64,000 nt of DNA from Kudoa neothunni. Lineage: Eukaryota; Animalia; Cnidaria. The translations under genes were made by a program, and so were the position numbers. This document shows positions 53,554-64,000 of the stretch, in pieces. The notes beneath the pieces are model-generated. The model was not told the origin of the DNA. It did not search any database and saw only the letters and a list, made by a program, of their open reading frames with translations. The number at the start of each line of letters is the position of its first letter. Within the stretch, counting starts at the first letter, position 1. Location: contig OZ199838.1 of the NCBI GenBank assembly GCA_964304625.1, positions 12,529,843 through 12,593,842 of the forward strand, written 5' to 3'.

Positions 53554-54423
53554 GGCGATGACTTGAAAACTGGCTCAAATAAATTAGAAGAATGCAAAAC
53601 CCTTAACACGCTAGATGTTAACAATGAGAAAAACACAGTTTCTAAAGAATTACATATTTCAATATTTAAGCGATAGTGGTTATGTCGAAAATCTAACACA
53701 ACAATTAACCAAAACCATCAAAGTTAACGTAATCATATAAGATGTGATTTCCATTTCACATGTCATAGGAAAATTATAAGGCAATTGAAAAAAAACAATC
53801 ATTGTATAACAGTACACGAGACAATTTCTGTTTTTCTACTAAATCAGATACTACGTCAAGAATCGCCTATAAGGAACTAATTGGTGAAAATTTCCAGTAA
53901 ATATTTTCCTGAAAACTTTTGGCGAACGGTCTAAACTGATTAAAATAGAGAAGGTTTGAAAAAATATCGTAGAAGACTGTGCTAAATCATTGGAAGATAA
54001 TATTAACGCAATGACCAACAATTTAATGCCACTTATAAACGAAGTTATCCCATATTTCCTTGTACCATGTTTCTAATACCGATTAAGTTGGTCAACGATA
54101 ATAAGCCTCCGAAAAACCACTTGAATAATGTTCTTATTCCTCAAAAATATAAAATTGATTATTCTCCATACCTAAAAAAAGTCCTTGTTGATCATGCAGT
54201 TCCTAAAACGGATCTAGATAATTCGCAATTTTCCAATGAAAATAACAACTTTTATTCGAACTCAAAAATTTCTACAGGAAAATTTGTTTTCCCCAACAAC
54301 GATATCTGTCAAATTCGTACTAGTCTCAGAAATAAAGGCTGCACTGATTCTGTTCCTTCGCTATCTGTCATTTCCCCTAATACCATACATGCTGCAGAGA
54401 ATCGAGAACCATCAAAGAAATAA
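53554..54423 (+). CDS. Putative multi-exon orphan gene, 5' end unresolved
   Basis: Successive short GT-AG introns join GDDLKTGSNKLEECK.., DSGYVENLTQQLTKTIKVN, ENYKAIEKKQSLYN, ..EDCAKSLEDNINAMTNNLMPLINE and LVNDNKPPK..EPSKK*. No recognisable domain. Confidence 0.4.
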
Positions 54424-54642
54424 AATATATCCTCACCTGAATACCTCTAAATAACATAAACAGGGAACTGTTCATATATTGTTGATACATTTACATTTTT
54501 TCAACGAATTATTTATTTTCCTATTTTTGAGCTTTTTATTAAAAGTAATACATTCAAAGAAAAATTATAGTTTTACTCTCTTAAAATTGGCGCTAAAAAA
54601 ACTAACGCCTGTGTCCAATGGAGTTTATCGAGCATCCTAGAG

Positions 54643-55083
54643 CAGAGGTTCTCAACCGCTTTTTCAAATTTACCACCTTAACTTGGAAGTCAATTTCGTA
54701 TTTAACTTAAGTTTTACACTGGTTTAGCTATAGCAGAGGCCATTTGAGGGGTAAATTGTGGTCCTAAAAAGCACGTACGTTTGTGTAATGACAGTTCTTA
54801 ATCCTTTCAACTCTTACTCACAAATTATCTGCAGACTTAATTGTCTAGATTTTTCTAAATTAAATTAGTGATACCTAAATAATATTTACTACGAAAATAG
54901 TCATTTTAAGCAGTATTATTAGTCTTAATAGGGTAAGGATACACCACTAAAATAAAACGAGGCATAAACAAAGAGATTGAAAATAGTTTTACAAATATAT
55001 GTAAAAAAACTTATTCCTAATAACATTTTAAGAATTTTTGCCTAATTCTTATTGAGTTTAATAACCTCGGTTGAGAATCCCTG
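54643..55083. mobile_element. hAT Buster-type MITE
   Basis: TIRs CAGAGGTTCTCAACCG / CGGTTGAGAATCCCTG. Perfect 8-bp TSD TCCTAGAG at 54635-54642 and 55084-55091. Confidence 0.88.
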
Positions 55084-58000
55084 TCCTAGAGGTTTATTAT
55101 AATAACGCCTTTATTTTTTTAAAAATATGTTTAAATTTGATTAGTAATACATTAAAATTGAACATAATATCTTACTAAGTAAAAATAATATAGTAAATGT
55201 ACAAAAAATTATTTAGCATAGCTCTTAAGAGCGAGCGTTTGTCGCTTTTTAGTTAACACGCGTATAGTTTATACCGAAATAAGCCTTATTTCGTCACTAG
55301 AAAATTCGTGGTTAAATTTAAAGTTTCTTGGTACCAATTTCAAAGGGAAAGTGACTATTGCAACGAAGCATAGTATACGGGTGATTGTAATTAAACACGG
55401 CAGATTATAAATAATAAACCTTATACATCAGTTATAAATAGAAATTTCTGGGATTATAGCTGGATACCGCTCAAACGTAGATGCCATTTAGGAAAGCGTT
55501 CACCAACTCAAATAGGACTCATATCCCTTTTGTTGATAAAACAAATTCCACACCTCTTTACATATGGTAAGGCGTAATTCATTCAAAATTTGTGGATAAT
55601 TAATCTTACGTGTAATATAGAACTAACTCCAGGAATTAAGTAGAGACCATTTCAATTTACCGTTACAGTGTCATTTTAGTATTTTAAAGTTTTTCTATAA
55701 AAAACATGTTCTTTTTATTTTTTTTACTTTTTAATCTATTACTACTCAAACTCATTTCTATGTTAATTAAGTAATTCAAAAGTTTCATTCGTTCCTTTTT
55801 TGAATTGAACAAGTCTCGTAAGATATTTTTTTATTATATTAAAAGAAAAAATGAAAACTGATCAAAATAAGAAAAATGACGAAGTATATATTAATTTTTT
55901 ATTACTTAAAAATTGTGGAATCGATAATTTACTTTGAAAAATTCCTAAAAAATTATTTCCAGTTGTGATATTATCTTGCACCAAAGTTAGAAAGCGCTGA
56001 CTTGGGAGTAAAAATAGACAGGCTATTTTTGTGGCACGGTAAATTTTAATCATAAATGACGCACGATTGGTCAATGCACATTTTAATACCAGAAACTCAT
56101 ACTAACAAGTTGTATACAGATTTAATTTTATATAATTGACTATATATAATTTTATCTGGCGATTAAGAACAAAATGAGGAGCCAAAAATTATTAAATACT
56201 AGTGCGAACTGCCCAACTTCCGTCAGTATTGATAAAATTTTATCATAGAAGAATTCGGTCAAAAAATAAAGAAATATGACTCTTTTGATTAGCCCTGAGG
56301 AGAGATGAAATAAATCTTTTATTTATATATCATACTTTTAACGACTGTGATGGGTACAGTAAAAAATTGAGATCATATTAGAAAGATAATGAAGGTAGCA
56401 AAACCTGAATAACTCGATAATAACTTATTATAATTAATTTTTATTGCTCAAATTAATATCCCTTGACCCGGCAAGAGCTTAATGCACTTTTTCCCATAAA
56501 TAGCCACAAATCACGTCAATGTCAACATAAACAATTAAAATAATTGATTGAAATAAAAGTACAACCATTTACATTGAATTTAATCATTGAAAGTTCAACA
56601 TAGCGGGTGATTTCAATGAAATCTACGGACATGGTGCTTGTATTATAAAGCTTCAATTTATCTGATTACAGAATTCCTTACCAAATTGTTATTAATGATG
56701 CAACCATTGACGTTTTCTCATATTTTAAACCATCAATAGAACGTTTAAATATACTTATCAAACCATATACGTTAAAACTCCATAAATAAGGAGTGTATTT
56801 TCACAAAACCCAAAATATACAAGCCAACATTATATAAAAAGTCAGATGGCATCGTTTAATTGACATTTAATAGAGTATATAAGGGAGGATGTTAACTTCA
56901 ACCGACACTCAGCATGTCATAAGCAGGCGTTAATCCCATTGTTGAACCCAAGTAATCCGATAAACAAACTTTGAATCAACAAAATCATCATGTTCTAAAT
57001 AAACACTTCTGGTAACATTTGGTAGTGTAAAAACGATTTAAAGATTTTTTGAAACATTTTAGCTTTTAAAAAACTTCATGAATGTCTCTCTACAACGAAA
57101 AAATTTTGACGCACATGCGTACTTGCTGACACACACACCTCTAGTTCGGATTATGGTCGAAGTCCGACGTGGCACTGTATCTAAATCCATTTTGTAATCT
57201 ATCAAGCTAAATTGATCTCTTAATGCCGTGAGCATAATATCAAATTATAATCGTTGTAAAATAGTTTCAAAAATAATACTACATCTTAAATTTTCTGCTG
57301 AAGCTATTTTAAAAGATCGAAATTATTTAATGTTAAAAACGTGTGTACGAAACCATTATAATTAATTTGCGTAATTTCTGATAATTATCAAGTATTCTTA
57401 TGCAATTGTCCAACTAAAATGATGTATGTCACGAAAATTAATAATAATAGTAAAGTCATTAAAAATGTATATCAAACGACGTATCGAATTAGTTTAATTT
57501 CCGCGTGATTATTCGTTTTCATTTTTTCATTTTATTTGTCCTGTGTAACTATATTTCGGCATCTGATAAACGTGATTATGTTTCCAAAGTTTATGACTTT
57601 AATAATAAAAAATATAATATCCTGAACAATTAAAGGAATTTATAATAAACCCTGCTTTATTAGCGATCATTGTGAAACTATTAATAACTCAATAACCACC
57701 AACTGTAATATTAATTGCCATATTAATTCAAAACAAGGAATTGACTATGACAAAAATTACTTTTTGGTAGACAAATATTATCCTTACTCAATATTTTTAG
57801 ATTATTTAAACACCGATACAACTAACAATTCTTCTAGCCAAATCGTTGAACAGGATTGGATCAAATGGTTGCTAGATTAGGAAATCCTATCAACAATTAA
57901 ATTGGATCAATATTTTAATTGCAAGGAAACTTCGTTAATAATAGTTAATAATATTAAATGTGTGTTATAATTTAATTTTAAGACAACTGAAAATGTACAT

Positions 58001-58212
58001 ATTTAGGAAATTGAAAGAAATAAATCCATTTCTCAGACATTGTCGATTTCGTTATGGAGTGTCAACCCTTGTAATTTCACCAAAGTCAGCCATCACTCGG
58101 ACCAATTTTTTAATATACTTCTAATTATCAGTATTATCACAGAATATTCTCAGAATAAATTTTCGGGGAGAAATGCGCGCGGTCGTGCGTATCACTGATA
58201 ACATTGGCAGTT

Positions 58213-58578
58213 ATGGATAAATCTCTTATTTCAGAAGTTTGTGCTGTTTGCAAAAAGAAAGCATATGCAGGTATGAAAATTGATAATTACAAAATTATAA
58301 CTTGGAAATCTTCAATATCTAGTTGAAAGAGTGGTTGCTTTGGATAGAGTATTCCACAAAGCATGCTTACGATGTAATAGGTGCAAGAAAGTGTTAACTA
58401 TAGGAAAATTTTACGATGTATTTATTAACTCTGATAACTTGTTCTATTAAGTTATGTAATTTTTAGCACGATGGTCTCGTTTATTGTCAACATCCGTGTT
58501 ACGCGCGCGCTGTTCGGCCCCAATGGATATGGCCGAGGTGGCGTCGGATCAGCGGTATATGAAGAGGCAGATCGATAA
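58213..58578 (+). CDS. CRIP1: Cysteine-rich intestinal protein (CRIP)-type single-LIM protein, 3 exons, apparent +1 frameshift near 58506
   Basis: CAVCKKKAYA|VERVVALDRVFHKACLRCNRCKKVLTIGKFYD|HDGLVYCQHPCYA. The conserved LFGPNGYGRGG tail follows in the +1 frame. Confidence 0.88.
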
Positions 58579-58609
58579 GCTAAACCGAAACAAACATTAT
58601 CTACCATTT

Positions 58610-61600
58610 AAAATTAATCTAATTTCGTTTCTTTTTGAAAACTGAATTATTTTTTGTTGGTGTTTCTTCTTGGATGCAGCGACAGCTTTGATTTCACCTG
58701 TTTTTTGTTAGTAGCTAGTTGATTTCGAGTTTTCTTGCGGCAAATTGGTTTTAGTGGAATAGCCTTTCAGGGTTCTGTGGTTTGAACACCACACCTCATG
58801 GTTTCTTTAAGATTGCTCAGGGTAACAAAACTTGACATGGCAGCGAAAACCACGTACGCTGGCACTAAAGGGTTATTTTTGAAATGCACAATTCCTTTCC
58901 GCTTCAGCTTTATCAGGGGTTAATCGATAACAGTTTTTTCCAAATGACTAATCTAAGGAATTAGCAGGGAAATAAAATTTTATAAAAATAATAAATCCAA
59001 AATATTATATTCGGCCATGTTAAAGTCATTAAAAAAATTTAATCTTAGAATACTATAAAAATAAGTGAAATAAACATTCAGCAAAGTAGACTAGAATTTG
59101 TTGAGGTGAATGTAAAAATCACCGTACGCGTGAGCGCCAAGTAGTAAAAAAAGTAGTCCCATTTATGTTATCTTTTTCACATAAGATGAAAATTTTAAAA
59201 GTTCAATCCAGTTAATTTTATTAAATGCTAAATTTTAGGTCCGGATGAAAAATTATTTGGAGAATTACATAAAATTTTATCAGATAACTTGCATCACATC
59301 ACTTGTTATTGAGATATGTAACAAAAATAAACTAATTCGACTGATGTAACAAGAAAAAATGAAACTAAAACAACTAACTACAATACTGTTTAAGTGTGGC
59401 TTTAACAAATTACACTAATAACTCAAATAGGCCGATAATTAATCCCCAACAAATATAACATTAGTAAATGTCAAGAGTTTATAATATGTGCCAGAAAATC
59501 GGCTAAAATTAATCCCCCGTGATAAAGCTGAATAATATAAATTTTAATTTTCCAAATAATTAACCAACCTTGTAGCTGCAGCTCTATCGGTGAAGTTGGT
59601 GATTTTTGAATTTCGAATCAGATACGAAGTAAACAACCATGACAAAACCAGACCAGTCGTTGCAGCCACCATATGAAGCAACGAGCTAACACACAAATCG
59701 CATCAAAAAAGAACATAGTTAACATAATATACAAAGCCAATCGAACGGGATAGGAGTTTTTGCCGCCAAATTCGTCGGAAATACATTTCAACGACCAGAA
59801 CAACCTTGGTATTGTAAACATGGCGATCAGATAAACACCAAATGTTCCACAACTATACATTCCTAATTAGTTTAAAGTTACGAACAATTCAAATTACTTG
59901 AAATATTGCATTAGGTAGTAGATAAAAAATGACGTCCCCATTATCAAATATTACGGACACGTAATTTTTTCTACAAGTTGAGCGTCTACTTTAAAAAATA
60001 ATAAATATAATATATACCTGGTTTCATATTCCAAAAATAGATGTTCATAAACATAGACACACAAAAAGACAAAGCTATAGTGTAGAAGACTTTTACGTAA
60101 AACCTAAAATTAATGAATTATTTATTTTAGAATATTGGAAGTTATTTTCGCAGACTGTGTAAAGTTATTGTATTTTTTAATGATTAGATGTTACTTTTTA
60201 AGTACTTTTAAAATTAATAAAGAAATAGTTAATTGTAAATATCATCCAGCATTAAATTCGTCGCTTAGGTATTTATGGAAATCAAGGTGGTACAGTTTGA
60301 TAAGTATTACCAAATGGATCAAAATTCTAAGTTTTCCTATGGAGAGCTTAAATATGGTTATTTTAGAAGTTAATAAATGAATGAATTAAATAATTAATTA
60401 ATTTCAACGACTATTATTGATTCATATAAATTTATTTTTGACACCATATATGCAAGCGCTATTTTATTATTCAAAATAATTTGGATTAAAGAGTTTTATA
60501 TATAGATTCATTTGCAAAATAAGATATTTAATTATAAAACAGAAAGTAGCGATGCCCCTACGTTAGTCTGTGCATAAACCAATTCCTTATTTTAAACGAA
60601 ACACATCATAATAATGTTAATATGAAAATTATATTTAAAAAAATCTATTATTTTTGTTGACTAAAAATTTCTTCACATCGACCTAAGAATAATCGGCTGG
60701 TAATGCATATACATTATAATCTGATAGATTAAAAAGCTACAATTCAGCATTTTCCAGAATATAAGACAGGTCTTATATTTTTTTGGTTTAGTAAAGGGCT
60801 GTGGGTCTTATATTAGCAACAGAAAATTCTTCCCATATATTATTTGGGTCATATAACGGAGCTAAAAAAGACTTTTTTTAAACAGACAAAATAACATTTT
60901 TATCAAAAAATAATACGATGTGGAACATAAAATCTGATGAGCATGTTTAGTGTTTGCTTTAAACATGAAAACAAAATGACAATCAAACCTCCATAAAATC
61001 TAGGTGTTTAATAAGTATGTTACCTCTAAAATTTTTAATTTTACAACTACCTAATAAAAATTATATTATTAGAGATATTTTGTTATATACTTCAGAATAT
61101 CAATACTTTTTAATATTTAATTTTATTTTGGGGGTAGGTTTTATAATGGGGGAAGACGGTACTAGGATCATGTTCATAGATTTAATCAGAGCGCACCCTT
61201 TATTAAATACTCAACAATAAATTTATTACAATTCAACTTAGAGTAATTACTTAAATTATTCGAGTTTGAAATAAAAAGAATATAGGGCTCTTTAGTAGGA
61301 AAAAGCCATATTAAAATTCATTTCAATCAGATGGAGATTAATCCGAGCGATAACAATTAATTGTTGTAAAATTCAATCTATAGATATTACTGATTTGTTT
61401 TATTTTTAATTACAATTGCAGTCGAACCTCGATTATGCAGCAAAATTGGGACCAGCTGTTTTCTTTCCGGATAGCGAGATTCCGGTTAATATAACATGAA
61501 CAATGTTGTGCGTGCATTTTTTGAATTTTCAACTTAAATGATAAACAAATTTTACTATTTATTAAAATAGTTGAAACTTCTGTAAGTTAAAATGAAAATA

Positions 61601-63135
61601 TTGGCATACCTATTAGCTAAGAATATTAACACTTAAGAATAATCAGTACATAATTATGTCAGTTTTTACACGTCTACAGAGCATTAATCTACTTTTTTAA
61701 ATAATCGGTAATTAAAGTTTGTTTGATATACATACAGGCATATATGTTCAGATATAGCACAAATTTATATAAGAACAGAATGCTTAACTAGGTTTTAAAC
61801 GAAAATCTATAAACAATTGACCTAGAAATATGTTTGTTTTTAAATATTGCATAGCTACATACATGCTATATTGTATATGTCGAACAATGATGGGTGGTAA
61901 TTTTATCCTGGATTATGATTATATAGTTGTTTCGAGATACCATATAATCCAGGGGTTCCCAACTGGGGATGCGAACTTTGATTTCAGGTGGTGCGAGATC
62001 CGATCAAAATTGAAAATAATTTTTGATAAATTTTAAGTCCAGTTACACCTTATCGTATGAAAAGAGGTGTGAGTCCAGTTTCAGTTGGGAAAGCGCTGAT
62101 TAATCGAACCTTTATCGACATGTAATTTCAATAAAATCCAAAAAAGTTTAAAATATCATCTGGATAGCGCGATTTCAGGATATTAGAGGTTCGACTGTAT
62201 TACATTCAAAAAAATTGTTGTAATCATTTTATTGGTTAATTCTGAGGATTAATACATCTTTTTAAATAATTCCAAGTATTCTTAATGAATAATATATTCA
62301 CCCCCCACTAATCTTTAAAGTTTAGCCTATTAATTCAATATTGTTAGAAAGATATTAGAGAATTAAACTTGAAAGGGATCGATAAACACGCCCAAGTAGG
62401 TATGTATAAGTGTCGCGCATGCCACTGAAATGAATATTGTCCGCGAAAATAACCCTACCGATCATGAAAAGGTTGCTTGGCAGAATTACGGCACAAAAAC
62501 TTCGGGATGAATTTTCGCCAGTGATGCCAGGTGGGATTTGATTGTGAAGTGTTTCGTTATTCCTGTACTACATCTTTCCACATGAGAGCAAAAATCAAGG
62601 TAGTGAACCAAATAGAATGAACTGAAGGTGATGGTGTAACGTAATTGGAACGCCTTTTTCAATGAGAGCTGCAATCGGGGTATAAATTTCTGAATAAAGA
62701 GTCAAATCAATTTAACTACAGACCTACGCACGACCAATATACGTCACATATATTTTCATTGATTAAACAGCTGCAAACTGTACATAACAACGAATACGTT
62801 AATACTACTAGCAGATCTCCTGCACCATTTCCATATAGAATAGATTCGTCTACGCAATAAGTTACAACGTATCTGGTGGGTTGGTAAAGCTGCAAATACC
62901 GTCATTCTTTTTTAGTGTAAATAAATCTCGATAATGGGTTCATGTATTTGGATGTGAACTATGGTGAATAAATAAATCGAACCATCGATACAAAAAAAAT
63001 CAACTCATTTACTTGCAATAATGACCCCCCAAACAGCACTACAAATGCAATACATGTTATATCGCCATAGTTTTTCCTCACAAATTCATGACTAAAAATA
63101 GGAGGACTCTTTTTTTTGTTTGCTCGGACGGCCAT
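58610..63135 (-). CDS. TRAM1: Translocating chain-associated membrane protein TRAM1-like (TLC domain); multi-exon with ~2.3 kb TE-containing intron and several apparent indels
   Basis: MAVRANKKKSPPIFSHEFVRKNYGDI (compare MAIRKK..SPPVLSHEFVLQNHADI), YGNGAGDLLVV..INENICD|KFIPRLQLS and FYVKVFYTIALSF..NIYF (compare MKFFYISQLAYW..ELYF). Hydrophobic exons at 59400-60105. 3' end uncertain; a Lys-rich tail candidate lies at 58610-58950. Confidence 0.75.
61419..62197. mobile_element. pogo/Tigger-type MITE inside the TRAM1 intron
   Basis: TIRs CAGTCGAACCTC / GAGGTTCGACTG followed by TA. Subterminal GGATAGCG.GATT motifs at both ends. Confidence 0.75.
61950..62098. mobile_element. Tiny hAT MITE nested in the pogo MITE
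   Basis: CAGGGGTTCCCAACTG ... CAGTTGGGAAAGCGCTG with degenerate TSD ATATAATC/ATTAATC. A related right end lies at ~49170-49188. Confidence 0.6.
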
Positions 63136-63442
63136 CTTCTAAACTATCAATACTTGCGGTTGGTGTGACGTGGTAGGTGCGCTGCGAGCAATCATCAGTC
63201 GTGAACCAACCGACACCCGCTAACTATCAAATCAGAGTTTATTTTCGAATTTTAATGTATTCCTTGTGTTAGCCGCCTTAGAATATTTAGTATATTCTTA
63301 CTGAAATTATTTGGTAAAAGTTTTTGGCGAGATTTTATTAGAATAAGCTATAAACGACAATAGCCGGTGTTTCCTTAATTAACGCGCATGCCCCACTCGA
63401 CAATTTTAACGTTTTGTTTTATTTCGACAGTCAGTAGTTGCG

Positions 63443-64000
63443 ATGTCAATATCCAAATCTGCCAACAAATACAATAGGCAATCATGGGAAAATTCAGTAG
63501 ATAATCTAATTGTTAGTGATATTCTATATTTGCTTTGATAGGAATTCCCTATATTGTGTGAAACATGTTTAGGAGATAACCCGTATGTGAGAATGGTATA
63601 AGTGTTGTCATTTTTTGTGGAGTTAGTTTAATTATGTTTACATGTAGGTGAAGGATAAATTTGGAGCCGAATGCAATGTAACCAATCCTACTACCGATGA
63701 TTGAGTTTTGTGTTTGATTGCATTTTTTGACTGGTAGGTTTGTGAAAGACCGTACACCTCGTTCAAATGGTGTCCTGGAAAAAGAATGCGCCATAAAACA
63801 ACCGTCATCTGCCAAATCTGTGCTAAACTCAAAAATATTTGTCAAACGTGCCTTTTCGATCTCGAATATGGTATAGTGTTTTTGGTGAGAAGTGTGGGTT
63901 GTGAATTGATGTATGATTGCGTAGGTTTGCCCGTGGAAGTTAGAGATAAGGTTTTGGATATTAAAGACGATCTCCCACAAAGTGATGCCAATCGAGAGTA
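63443..64000 (+). CDS. RBM22: Pre-mRNA splicing factor RBM22 (Slt11/Cwc2-like), 5' part; runs off the window
   Basis: [18 protein letters not shown]|[18 protein letters not shown]|[10 protein letters not shown]|[34 protein letters not shown]|GLPVEVRD, with four short introns in consistent phase. Confidence 0.97.

Noticed and set aside
59900-59990. Alternative genetic code (TAA=Gln) to rescue the TRAM1 exon
   Set aside because: RPB10 and SNRNP27 end in TAA at conserved positions, and Pam18 and archease end in TAG, so the standard code applies.
59400-60105. Hydrophobic exons first read as an unorthodox aquaporin (AQP11/12)
   Set aside because: No NPA-like motif; order and motifs fit the second half of TRAM1, whose N-terminus lies upstream on the same strand.
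63549-63980. 143-aa and 64-aa minus-strand ORFs
   Set aside because: Antisense shadows of the spliced RBM22 gene.
1-64000. CRISPR arrays, prokaryotic operons, rRNA or tRNA genes
   Set aside because: None seen; the DNA is eukaryotic with spliceosomal introns and shows no regularly spaced repeat-spacer structure.

Overview
AT-rich eukaryotic, apparently animal, nuclear DNA. Highly diverged proteins and mostly ~40-60 nt introns suggest a compact, fast-evolving and possibly parasitic lineage; the species cannot be named from sequence alone. Tight islands of housekeeping genes alternate with long tracts of decayed DNA transposons (piggyBac, hAT Buster and Ac-type, MULE, Tc1/IS630, pogo MITE, Helitron). 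Genes rebuilt by eye across introns: acid sphingomyelinase, a secreted protein with two tandem beta-defensin-like 6-Cys domains, sulfite oxidase, cyclin Y, RPB10, SRP (7SL) RNA, PET117-like, SNRNP27, Pam18/DNAJC19, archease, HAUS7, GK5-like kinase, CRIP-type LIM protein, TRAM1 and the 5' part of RBM22. Main observations: the double-defensin-like gene; a recurrent NRF1-like GCGCAYGC motif close to start codons and also inside transposon relics; apparent single-base frameshifts in CRIP and TRAM1; and two near-identical Helitron copies. All homology calls come from remembered family motifs, not database searches, and some gene ends are approximate.
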